This document shows positions 38,810 to 51,151 of a stretch of DNA of 64,000 nucleotides, piece after piece. The notes below the pieces were generated by a model. The model saw only the letters and a program-made list of their open reading frames with translations, did not search any database and was not told where the DNA came from. A program made the position numbers and the translations under genes. Position 1 is the first letter of the stretch. Every line of letters begins with the position of its first letter. Source of the DNA: Dicyema japonicum (taxonomy: Eukaryota; Animalia; Dicyemida); assembly GCA_011109175.1 (NCBI GenBank), contig RDEW01000010.1, positions 248,001 to 312,000 of the forward strand. The letters are read 5' to 3'.

Positions 38810-41800
38810 TCCGGCAGTACCGGGGTTCTGTATGCTGCATGCAGGAGACTAAAATAAAAAATAGATCGATGAAACATATGCAAATTACAGGTTAATATTG
38901 CTTCCCTCGGAATCGAGGCATTATGGACAAGGCTTTGCCATACACAAGGACTATATTCCCAGAGTATATCGTTATTGTAAAGTCAATGACAGAATCAGTG
39001 TCTTACTACTACGTGCAAATAATAATAATAATAACAGCATTTTTCACGGAGCCGTGGTATTAGCTCCGCATAGGCAGGACACACACTTTATTTAAGTAAA
39101 GAACAGTTAATTTTAACTAATCGTAGATCCAAGGAATGATCTTCACTGTTATTTTCTTTTTCCTGTGTGTGGGTCCTTTATAGACAATCCAGTTCCGCAG
39201 TGAGAGTCCACTGATGACGGCGTCACTCGTCAAGCCATAAAATGACATGGACTGTGCAACGATTCTTACCTACCGAAGGCTCTATTAACATTTTCAACAA
39301 ATTGACTACATCATCTACCGAGTCGAAGAAAAATCACTCCTACGTGACTCGAGGTCTTACGGAGGTGCAGCTATCGACAGTGATCACAAGATAGTCTCTG
39401 CCAAGTTCACAACGAGGACTTTGACTGACCTAATAAGAAGAGAGCCAAACGTAGATGTAAGAAGAAGTTATAAAATGGAACAAATATGTTACTCTACATC
39501 GATCAGAGACAACTACCAAATATCAATTACAAAATTCCTCCGAAACCTGGATCCCGGACTTCCTCCAAGAGGCACCTGAGCGGAGACAATGAAAGGGATC
39601 CTTTCGGCAGCAAATGGAGTATCAGAATCTGGTCCCCAGCACTGTTTAAAAAATATACATCCAGTGTCCCCGCCCTCATTAAAGAACAAAGGGAACTAAG
39701 ATAACAACCTGAAAATACGTCTGATCCGGACAGGAAACAAATCTTGAAGTCTAGAAGAAGATCCACCCAGAAAACCATAAAGATTTTGAATAAGAAGCAC
39801 TCCACTAACCTACTTGATCTAAGAGCTGCAGAAGTTGAACAGTTCAAAGACTCATCAAAAATGTTCACTGCAATCCGTCTGCTCAACATAAGAAAACAAA
39901 CTCAAACTCCATGATGGGAACTCAAACTCCTAAAAATTAGGCTGAATATATTGCGTCGTATTTCGAGGATACATTAACTGTCCGGAGAAATATTGATCAT
40001 ACTTGTGGATACGCCACCCAACTCGATAAAGCTATCACACCTGCGAAATCTCAAATGCAATGGTCAAACTTAAGAAATGGCCGTTCCCCTGGACCGGATG
40101 GAATCAATTCAGAACTTTTCAAATACGCCTGCACTAACAGACAGACTGGCAGAACTACTCAACTCTATGTTTATAAAAAAGAATACCCCGCTCTTGGATC
40201 CGAACTACTAATACCAATGCAAAAACCTAACATGCATACTGGGCCTGTTGAAAACCTACGTCAATAATCCTGCTCAACCTTACGGAAAAGTTTCAAGACG
40301 AAGATCCACATTACAAGGGCCATATTACAAGACGAAGGAACCTATTGCACTGCAAGGGAATCTCTTCAAGGTGAAGAAACGTATTACAATTCGATTGAAC
40401 TTATTCTACAAAACGAAGAAACCTTTTGAGGGACGCAGTAGCCAAAGGGTCAAAATCTCCGGATATTTTCCAAGTTGGACTTTGTACCCACACCAATTTA
40501 TTCCTACATTCGTACCCGGGTCTACACGGGACTTTGTTACCCAGACCATTGATCCCTACAGGACCTGGGACTACTGTGGAAGTACATACAGGAGTTGGGA
40601 CTTACAGGGGGTACTCACACCAATAGTTCTTTACATTTGAATTGGGATCTACACGGAACTTTGTTAACCACATCATCGGTCCCTACAGGACGGCTTGGAC
40701 CACTGTGGAAGAACATACTGGGGAAAGGACCTACAAAGGGAGAACTAACTAGAGATGGGCGTACTGGCTTTGTACCTACAACGTTCTGGAGATGAAATTA
40801 GGATGTGTAACTGACTAGACCAGCAAATGGATGGTTAGCAAGGAAAAGGGTACCTGGATGAACAGTTTAGGCCAACAGGCGGACTGATAGATACCTATTC
40901 CACAACTCGTTGTTTAGCTCATTTTCAATTCTTGGACCCTGATTCTGTCAGTATGATCAGAGTGTTGCTATCTAACACGAAGCTCAGAGTGTGGGTCGGT
41001 GAGACGTTTTCCCGTGAATTTACGTGCAATGTTGGTACTCTCCAGGGAGATTCCCCTTCGCCCCTACTATTTGTCATATATCTGAAGGCGGCATTACGAG
41101 ATCTTCGGAAGTTCTATGATGGCAACATCGTCGAAATTGCCTATGCGGACGACTTTGACCTTATGTCAGGAGACAAATCGGCCCTACTTCGACTTCTTGA
41201 GGTGGCGCCTGCTGAGCTGTACCGATGGTTCCTTGGAATGAACACCGTAAAAACTGACATTGTGGAAATCAGGAGAATGGAAAGCAGATCAAGTGAAACA
41301 TGGCGAAATAACAAACAAACTTGGCTCTTTACTTGGAGACAGTCAAGATATTGCCCGAAGGAAGGCTCTCGCTTTGGCAACAATGAACAAGTTGAAGAAA
41401 AAGTGGATTGGCAAACAACGATGCACACATCACTTCGATAGAGACTGTATGAAGCCTTTGTCAAGCCGATCCTAATGTACAATTCATCGACCTGGGGAAC
41501 TTCAAAACTGAAAAACTTGACTAAACTCTTTCCATTGAAAACAACTTAGAGTTCTACTAAACTGAACTGACTAGCAAGAATAACCAAGGAATCGCTGTAC
41601 AAGAGATGTTGCACGGGTCCACTGAGTTTTGAAATTGCTGATATGCGCTGAATGCTATTTGGACATATCTTGCGTATGGACTTGGGCGCTCCAGCAAACA
41701 TAGCAATGGAGGAATACTTGCATGAGACAGGGACCGTGTTTCGTGGACGCCGGCGTATTACACTACCTGAAACACTTGACGGAGATCTAAAGCTCGTGAA

Positions 41801-41920
41801 CAAACGTCTAAGAAGTGAGGACGACCTGGACGAGTTGAGGAAACTCCCTTAGGATCGAGGAGGTTGGAAGAAGTTGGTTCGGAGGATTGTTTTGAATTCT
41901 GCACGAGTGAAATTATAACT
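38810..41920 (+). mobile_element. RTE-like LINE remnants (APE to RT/thumb) interrupted by a SINE and an unrelated insert
   Basis: CMQET, GFAIH, SDHKIV, SPGPDGINSEL, GTLQGDSPSPLLF, YADD, LFGHILRM. Confidence 0.8.
39018..39262 (-). mobile_element. 5'-truncated copy of the tRNA-derived SINE with (TAT)n tail
   Basis: Core motif plus 3' part shared with 29790-29925; GTGCAA on both flanks; interrupts an RTE APE frame. Confidence 0.72.
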
Positions 41921-41949
41921 ATTATGATTTTACGAATTTTGCTTGATTA

Positions 41950-43790
41950 GTTGGTTAATAGCAATCGCGTTGCTATAAGCACGTAAATTGCCTAGGGTTT
42001 CGCTCGTGCCGTGCAGTCGACTATCTTCTTAGTCAGCCCTCTCCATCTAGCTCTGTTCCTCGCGCGTTTACGAATATCCTCAAGATCGTCTCCAGTTTTG
42101 AGTTGGCCGCAATTCATGCTTAATCGTTATTCAAGCAGAGGGGAATTGTACATTTTGGCCGACCCCGAAATCCAATTCCGTGATTTGAATAGTATTAATT
42201 AAAAAATTATTAAAAAGCACTCCCGAGAAAACATAAATTAGTTAAGTTTCCCTTGTGCCGTGTTCCTAATCATCCTCTCCGTCAGCCTCGACCATGATCC
42301 TCTGTTGCACGATAGTTCTCTTAGGTCGTCCGCTATTTCCATTATAATATTAGATGCTTCCCACACTCTTGTAACACAGTGAATCAGGTCCTGATGGACT
42401 GCAAATCGGAGAACATAATGTTTGCAGGCCGATGAGAAAGTAAAAAGGTGGAATTTGCCACACAGTTCTGTACATTGTGCGGTCGTATTTGTCTCTTGTA
42501 GACAGCAGACAGAAATGTTGTATTTTGTTAGATCGCATGCCAGTTGGTGTTTCTTGTAAGGTTGTTTAAGTCCTCTGCAATTAAAACTTCCCAAAGTATA
42601 CGGAGAAGTCAGTAAGGAATACGATTTGAATAGTAATCTTCCATAATCACTTCGTCCATTCTCAGAACATGTCCGAAAAGTCGCCAGCGTGAGGTAATTA
42701 CTTCTCTGCTTATCGGTTTGTATTTACATAATTTGTAGAAAGTGTCGTTTTTGATAATCTGTGGCCACTTGATTCCCACAATTTTTCTCAATTGATTTCT
42801 ATGAAATGTGTCTAGTCTGTCAAGGTTTTTGATGTTCCCCATGTTCCCGAGTTATATAATAGGATTGGTTATATGAACGCGTTATATAAGCGTATCCTAA
42901 GATTTAAGGAGATAAGTTTTCTGCGAGTCCAAATACTCCACATTCTTTTCAGTACACACGATGCCAACATTTTTCTGCAAGCAATGTCTTCAGCATCACC
43001 CAAAAACGAGCCGAGCCTTTTAGTAAACTTCCATTTCTCATCAATCCGTGTCGGTAACCGCTGAATCAAAGTTAACTCCGTTTTTTCTGAATTGATCTTC
43101 AAAGACCACCTATCCAGAACTGTTGTGGCCTTATCTACTACAGTTCTTAGTACCTCCACATTCTCAGACACAAAATTGATGTCATCAGCATATATTAATT
43201 CCACAAAATGATTATTCAAGTGACCCAATTCTTTTCTAACGTTCCTCAACGCAGCTTCCAAATAGATTGCAAAGAGAACTGCCAAAAGCGAGTCCTCTTG
43301 CGGAATACCAATCCCGGTCGTGAATTTTTCCAAATAGCCCTTCCCCACTTTCACTATGAGGCTCGTGTCAGCCAGCAAAAAATCGCACAATCCTCGAACA
43401 GTCCTCATCAATTATGTTAATGAGAACTTGCAATAGTTTATCTCGGCAGACAGTCAAATGCTTTCGATAAGTCGACTTATCGAATGTTGCTTGTAATAAT
43501 ATCAGTTGATTTGTCGTATAGTCTGACACGAAGTTTCAGTGATACATTCCTCTTTCTTATCCAGATGTTGTACATTTATTGAAGTATATGGTGGCCAGCA
43601 TTTGTTTTCGACAAAAATCCTCGGCGTCACCTAGTAGTGAGCCGAGTTTTTTATGTCTGAGTTCGTCATTTCTTGATTTGGCTCGCTCGATTCTAGTGTA
43701 GTCCGTTTTTGTAATATTTATGCGCAGATCCCATTTATTTACAATAGTTTTGGCTTGGACTAAAATTTGGTAAAGTAGGCTTTTCTGGTG
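41950..43790 (-). mobile_element. Cluster of RTE-like LINE fragments
   Basis: GSFNCRGL..CCLQET (APE), GIPQEDSL..YADD..LGSFLG (RT), WRLFGHVLRM. Confidence 0.8.
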
Positions 43791-43946
43791 AGTACATACA
43801 AAGTCTACATTATCCGCGTATAACAATTTAATTATATGATATACAATTCCTGAACACGGGGAACCTCAAAAAACGATTTAGAGAGGCTAGATACTTTCCA
43901 CAGAAACCAACTGCGCATACTGACTGGAATCTTCTGGCTGAGAAAA

Positions 43947-43988
43947 TTCCTAATGTTTACAGGAGACATCGAACAGAACCCCGGGCCC
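43947..43988 (+). other. Second 2A / StopGo motif (isolated LINE 5' remnant)
   Basis: FLMFTGDIEQNPGP on the plus strand; not shown in the ORF track. Confidence 0.8.
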
Positions 43989-44349
43989 CACAAGAACGTG
44001 AAATTCCTCAATGTCATAAATTTTAAAATAAACAGCCTTGCACACATATCAATCTAACTTTTTGCATTTCTACAAATGATATTGCCAAATGTGGTCTCCT
44101 CTTCAAATTTATTGACAGTAGTAGCTTTTGTAGATCGTTCAGAACTGCTAACTTTTAATGTCGCACTTTTCGATCTTTTTGAATTAACTTTTTAAACCAT
44201 TTTTTCTAGCCATCGTTAATCATGGATCCTTTAAGCAAAATTTTAAATAATAAATTTCCAAAACTGTCTATATCCCAAAAATAATTCATCATTGCTGACG
44301 TATTCAACCAATCACTTACTTTTTATTGATGCTCTAAAAATATTTACTG

Positions 44350-44760
44350 AGAAGGAAGATACAATGGTGAGCATGATGAATGAGATTGATGATTATTTCA
44401 GTGTGGTTAGCTCAAGAGGAGTTTTGAGATGTCTGCCACTAATTTGAGATGTATCTAAGATGTGAAATCTCTGGATGGGTATGAAGGTTAGAAGACTATT
44501 TCCTAGTGTTAGAAGACAAAGAAAGTAATGTCGTGAAATATGAAGCTTTGAATATTATTGCTGAAACTTGAAAGGGAGATAATAAACTCTGCACATACTA
44601 AGCTCAATGGTGTAAATATGTTTAAAGCGATTAACGAGCATTCCTTGTTCCTTTATAATTTCTACCTTGGCGTATGAATTTGATCAAATCAAAATTAAGG
44701 TGAAAATTACTGATGCAAATTTGGAATCTTGTGATAAAAATGACATGACACTATTGTCGA
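44350..44760 (+). mobile_element. Old R4/NeSL-like RT fragment
   Basis: TKLNGVNMFKAINEH, similar to 3200-3270 and 48900-48970. Confidence 0.5.
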
Positions 44761-44814
44761 AGGAAATGCAGGGTCAATTATTAAAATAATAACAAAATCA
44801 TAAAAATATTAAAT

Positions 44815-45843
44815 TTATAGTATTTTAAAGCAGACTAAAATTAATAAGTGGCCAACCTGAGCAATCATCAGTTCTATAAGGAAAAGATAGAGTCAAGTTC
44901 TTACATCGGTAACACATTATACGGACAGACGAACAGTGCTAATAAATAAAGACACAACTACCAGACAATTCTTAATATGACTACAACACTTTACAAATAT
45001 ATTATTATATATGTTTAAGAGCTTCTCCTGATGAATTTGTCTAAGGTAGTCCACAGAAAAACGTGCAGAGAACTCACGTAGAAAGAGAGACTCGTGGATT
45101 ATATTCTCTAAAGGACTACCAAATTAACTCAAATGAAACAATTCACACCCTTTCACAATATCAATGATTATGCACAATCGGTCTCGCAGATATTCCACGT
45201 GATCCAACTTTAGGACTCGAACCGTGGGTTCTGGAATCATTTCCAAACCAATCAATGGAGAATACAAAGCCCAGGACAAATATTGATAAGCCACTACGCA
45301 AACAGGGTACTTTTTAAATTCACATCTTTCGACGACGTAGGCAGGGATAATAATCTCAAAGTTCTGGTGGCACATTGAACAGAAATACTGTTTCGTGTAG
45401 TGGCAGAATATCATAAGGTTATCAAATATTTAATAAGAGTTACTGTTGAATGCAGGGGTATTACAACCAAAACAGTTCATTTCCATGTTGATTCGGACAT
45501 CGGGGGGAGAATGGAGAATCAAAAGGCGGTTGAGTCGACCCATGTTGTCATTTTTGGACGCATTTTCTGACTTGATTAAGGATTTTTTGTTCTAGGGTAT
45601 TTATCAAAAATTAACTGATAAATCAGGAGCCTCAATGACTTCATCAATGTTGATTGAAAAATATTTGAGTGACATCTTTTTAAAATTCTGGACTTGATTT
45701 CTCTTCAACTCATTCGCAGCTAATTTGAATGGAGCATTTTCCTACTTTAATGAATATATTACAATTTCTAGCTTCCCCTCAGTCTCCTCTTTGACGTAAA
45801 GTAAAAAATTTTCATGTTGAACGTTTCTATCGTATTTAATCAT
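44815..45843 (-). CDS. Rubicon-homology (DEF8/PLEKHM1/RUBCN-type) zinc-finger protein
   Basis: CFGC...CHYTKQYFCSMCH...IIPAYVV....FKKYPVC and later Cys pairs; micro-introns; ends approximate. Confidence 0.72.
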
Positions 45844-46048
45844 TTTATTAAATTGCAAAACAACTAACGTTATTGAATTTATTTAAATATAAATTAAATT
45901 TCAACAATTTAATTTATAGAATCATATAGATTAAAAAAATTCATAACTATTGACATACAGAAGGCTGTGACTCGATACCGAGGAAACTGCTCACTAGGAA
46001 GATTTATGGCTCTAACATTCAAACAACCTTAAAAGATTAATTATTAAA

Positions 46049-46478
46049 CGTGGCGTCATGTAGTCTACCAGTCATAACGTTTCTGGAAGCGCTCAGGGTG
46101 CACCTAATGCACCTAGGAAAAAAACCATTTGCTCACCCTTATCCAAAGTTGGTTCCTTCGGACGGCTTCCTTCAACTCTTCTCCCATCAACTCTCACCAC
46201 CTCTCTGGAAGACCTTATCGGACAAAATGGGAAGCGATTCGCCGCTCTGTGCCGAAAATCCAATTCCTACAATGCTCTAATGGATTGGGTCTTATTAGAA
46301 GACTTTACATCACCCCTCTTGTATTCCTTTCAAAACCCTCCCGTCTTCAGAGAAGCTGTGTTGGATCTCGGAAGGTCCACCGGAAAAAGATGAGAGACCT
46401 AATGGAGGCGGCCGGGATCACCTAATTAGTTTAATACAATTAAATTAACTATTGGTGTTCTTGGGTTAAATAAAAAAA
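46049..46478 (+). mobile_element. Non-autonomous bipartite derivative of the Ingi/Vingi-like LINE
   Basis: Family 5' leader fused to the family 3' end (RSCVGS..H..GIT*) and oligo(A); flanked by ~84-bp direct repeats. Confidence 0.78.
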
Positions 46479-46807
46479 AACTATTGACTACAGAAGGCTG
46501 TGACTCGATACCGAGGAAACTGCTCACTAGGATGATTTATGGCTCCAACATTCAAACAACCAGAAAATTTGGCTCGCTAACTTCCTCAACGGACAAAGAG
46601 GAAGAATAATTTTTCATTCCACATCTTCAGTCACTAAATTTTTACCGAATGGGATCCCGAAAAAATCCCCCTATCTCCCATTCTATTCAACCTATTCATA
46701 AGCGACATGCCTTCCTACAGCTGCAACGATACCCTATTCCTTGCCTACGCCAACGACTTAATCCTGGGAATAAGAGACCATGCAATAACAGAGCAAGTAC
46801 CCGCTTA

Positions 46808-47411
46808 CAAAATGATCAGGAGAAAAATTTTAAAGAAAGAAAATTATATGGTCATGAGAGCAGTAAAATCTCACTCTCTTTGTAAGCAAGTATTTGCTCA
46901 TACTTGGCCACCATATCATCAAAGTCAGCAAGTAGGATCTAAATCATAACCAGAACTACAGTGAAGGATATCTTCCAATTCTTCGAAGTACTGAAAGTAG
47001 TAGAAAATGAATTTTTAATGGAATACAGCTCTCCTTAAGATTCTACTATAATCACACATGAACAACGGAGTGAAGACTTTTCAAATGTAATAAGGTTGAA
47101 AGGAGAGATTGTAGATCCTCTAATTTCTTCTTAAGCACAACAAGATCACGTGGGTTGTAATTTCCAAAATTAAGTTAGGTTCAAAGTAGTTAAATTCCCA
47201 CCTTCAAACCCCGTGAAAATCATTTTTCCCCTGAAATAAGGTTTAATGATACAAAGAATCGTCATATCCAATGCAGTTTTGCATATTTACTTCGTTAATT
47301 GAGCCTTCGTCCATACACAAGAATAAACAATGCCCGCTGAATTATCTAAAGTTATTCAAATGTAATTAATAATTATTTTTTATTATTATATGTTTATTTG
47401 TTCTTTCTTTG
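46808..47411. repeat. Left arm of ~600-bp inverted repeat
   Basis: Near-identical reverse complement of 52430-53030. Confidence 0.92.
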
Positions 47412-47419
47412 TTTTTAAA

Positions 47420-49410
47420 ACATGCAACGTGCTTTCGATTCGGTGGCGTTAAAACTCTCTCGAGTTGGCAAAAATGTTGAAAGGAAAAAGGAGAAGGGTC
47501 ACTTGCGTTACCTGATGGTATGAATGTAATTCTTGCCATATCCGAGAGCGTTGTGGCAGATGACCCAAAAGAATGGGCGAGGCAGGTAGTCTTGCAGGTA
47601 CGTAGCAGGCTATCTCGAATTCCCTGGAATGGTTGGCCATACTTGGCGGAGCTCTGCAGTGGCAGATTCAGTACTGCTATATCTGTGAGTGAACTCAATA
47701 ATTGGTTGTAGGCAAAGAGGGTACTGATCTAAAGGGGCGGGGACCAGGTGACCACAACTATCAAAAAAAGAGGCACGAACACCCCAGAGCTGTGATACGT
47801 TGCAGCTCAAGCATGTTTATGAGGTCTTAGCGCGGAATCTCGCTGCAGCGGCAGATGTCCCACTTAAGGACCGTAGATTTACCTTAAGATCCTTCATAGC
47901 ATGGTTAACGGAGTAGTATTAACCTGTATCAATAAGGCTGTGGCTTATGCGGTGGAGACTATGCCATCTCCCTTAGTGCTTTATGTAGCACATATCACCT
48001 ATCAGCAGTTGACGTACAAGCCCAGACATTCAGTAAATGGAGGAAGCAGATCTGTGACAAGATTCCTTGGCGACAGACAGAGCTGGAAGCACTGGATGAG
48101 CACATAAGTAAAGTGGCGAGAAGGGTTGAAGGAAAAGCACCGTCTATACTAAAAGGGTTACTTAGTAAACTCCGTTTTCCCAAATGGGACTTCAAATGGA
48201 GGGCAATAATGGTGTATAAGAGGAAATTCTATAACATGAATGTCGAGGTAAGAGAAAGAGAGAAAATAATCTGTTTGAATTTAATCGAAGATTGTTTTAC
48301 CGTTGCCTACACGAAAATGGCAATAGTGCATGTTCCCAGGAAAGAAGCAAATGGAATTCTCTCGAGAATAAGTTGTGTACTGTGCATAATTGTCAGGGAG
48401 CAAAAGAGGAGTCTTTTATCAACAAGTGCCTTTCTGTGTCTCACGGAAACTCACCTGGAGTATTCATCTGAACTATAATAGGCACCGGGTAGGCGAGGTA
48501 AAACTCCTTCAGGAGGATTGCAAGTCTCCGCTACTCTTTGTTCTCTGTTTGGAGCCATTGAGTCGCCTCCTCAATGACCGGTTTGAGCAAATAAGTTAAT
48601 TGTGAAGGATTTGTTTCAGTGCAAATTACCTTCTTTTTATCTATGACTGAAGATGTATGCTCGAACAGCCGAGGAGCTCTACTTCATGGGGGTCTGTGCC
48701 AGGGAATTCTTTGAGAGTATAGGACTAGATTTGAATTATTCAAAGTCTGCGACTAACACGCAAGTATGTAGCGAGTTAGTAAAGTCCTAGAGGAACACGA
48801 AGGATATAAGTATCTGGGTGTTACCGAAACTCCAAAGTCTTTTATAATGCCTGAGACAAAGCGACAAATTACTGAAGGCATTCGTAAAAGAGCAGCGTTA
48901 TTATGTAATTATCTAAATGAAAGGAATTTGAAAGGAATTTGTTCCTTGCATTAAATGAGTATACTGTCTCGTTGCTAAACTACTACATAGGTGTTGTGGA
49001 GTTTGAGCCCAAAGAGTATGATGAGAATGATGTTATGATCCGTAGAGTACTTCAAGAAAACCATGTCCATGTGCTGGCAGTTAATAAGAAGAGACTATAT
49101 TTACCCCGTGATAAATTCGGCCCTGGACTGTGTGGAGTAGTCCAACTAAGTGAGCGTATCCGTATGTGTATGTACGACACCCTGATAGCCGGGTCAATTG
49201 TATCTGCTAGGAAGCACGCCATAATAACGACCGAGAAAACACGGGCAACCCACCTAGGCACTATCAGACCTTTTTTGTCTGCTAAGTATGGTGTTGATGA
49301 TGGTGGGCTAGTAAATGTGAAGGCGTTGATCGAATTACATTATAATAATTCAATGAAAAAAATCAACTTAAAAGCCTTCATAGGATCGATCTTTGAGTAT
49401 AGCTATTGAT
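47420..49410 (+). mobile_element. Decayed R4/NeSL-like non-LTR retrotransposon (RT region)
   Basis: LLQED..SPLLFVLCLEPLSR, YKYLGV.E, ALNEY..SLLNYYIG, RLYLPR..FG.GL. Confidence 0.8.
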
Positions 49411-50483
49411 CTTGTTTCTAAGATTATGTGGTGGAGTGTGAAAGTGCTTTTTAATAATAATTAACTCTTCTCTCTTTACGTTCCATCCTATTAGTCTTGT
49501 ATCCTGAGAATTTATGGGTAGGGTCATTTAAAGTTAGTTTGGTCTCTTGGATCATAGCACGTTAATTTTCTAACTTGGCACTAGTGACCGAAGTTCCCTG
49601 TTCTTCTTAATCCCAAAAGAGAAGAAATACGAAGCGCTACGCGACCGATTCGCGTTCTATCCCATTGTGGTCGAGACAACTGGAGGAATAAGTGGAAAAT
49701 CGCTTCGCTTCCTAAAGAAACTTGGACTCCTAGCTACATTAAAAAGCCACGACGCACGTGAGACCCGGTGGCTTCTCCGGTTGACTTCTGTTGCAATCGT
49801 GAAAGAGAACGCACGTCGATAATGTAAATATAGAGAAAAGTTTCCGGACTCAATTGAAAACGTAGAAGCGATTTCAACATCGATGTAGCTTTTTCCTTGT
49901 ATTCTTGGTATAATTTATAAGGGAACCCTTCGAGTTCACACAAACACCAAGATATTGTATCTGTTCCATGCATGTGATTGTTCCAGTATTAATACAAAAT
50001 TTTGACTTATTTTAGATATTCACAATCCATGAAGCAGTACACTTTTCAAGAGATAGGGATAAACTTTTATCTCGGCACCAACATCAAATTTTTTCGATTT
50101 GGGCTGAAACACGTTTCCAGGAAATCGATTTATTAATACTAAAATCAAGTATATCTTTTTCATAAATTAGCATTTTTTAATTTAAGTGTTCAACCTTCGG
50201 AATTTCATATATAACACAGTTAAATAACAGGGGAATTAAGACACACGAGTGCCTTACTTCCAACATTTAAATTTGATAGAGTCTTCAACAGCCCATAATG
50301 CCAAACGCTATTAAAAGCCTTTGATGTCTAGACATACGTCCGTAAGAATTAAAATGAGCCTAATCAATTCTGTTAAAATCAAAAAAATTTAAATTTTATT
50401 TAAAAAATTATTAAATCATATATAACATTTTGTACAAGTTTAAATAAAATTACAAAAATTTTAAGTAGAGCCCACAAGCGCTC

Positions 50484-51151
50484 TTAATGGAATCTACAAA
50501 ATGCCTTGAAACTAAACTTTTTTGAAGTATTCCTAGGCCATTCACTCTCAGAATAATTCTTGGTCAGATTCTTCAAGGAGAACTCGGTAGAGTCATCGCA
50601 TTGGTAGATCTAAGTTAAGTACTAACAATACTGGCTTGTCCCGTAGGTAGATGCATTTTCTATAAATGCAGGATTGCTTCAAGATTTTGCGATTTAGGCA
50701 GTTTTTGCAGGAATTACAGTTCTCTCGGACATTACAAGGCCCACAGAAGCCGCATCTACGCCTTCGCTGACTCCGCCCTTTCGTAACTGGCTGAAAGTCA
50801 TGGTCGATTCTCTTTAGTGCCCGACTAGATCCGTAGTCAATCCTTCTTTTCCGGGAGACGGGTTGTAGATTAGTCGACCTGGCTTTAATCTCGGCTTCTC
50901 GTAGTTTTACTGGCTCAAACGGTCCACAAATCTCGATGGCCTGCCGAGTCCATGAAAATTGCCACAGGTGGCAAGAGATCGTACAAGTTGAGCGTCCTGT
51001 AAGTCATCTTCAAACGTGGTTCTTCGATTTTGGTCCTTTGGAGTACCAACTGTTCAGGAGGATGCGGTTCCTTGGATACAGAATAGAAATTCTTAAGCAG
51101 TTCAAGATAGGGGATCCGAACGCTGAGTGAGCAATCGGGAAGGAAGTTCAT
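50484..51151 (-). CDS. CXXC-type zinc-finger protein
   Basis: After a 25-nt intron the frame reads RRRRCGFCGPCNVRENCNSCKNCLNRKILKQSCIYRKC. A 22-nt and a possible 24-nt intron follow; TAA at 50486-50484. Confidence 0.85.

Noticed and set aside
39181-39245. Hammerhead ribozyme in the SINE core (CTGATGA on plus; TTGACGA...GGAAC...GTC on minus)
   Set aside because: No GAAA after stem II in either orientation, and the NUH site is not conserved among the four copies.
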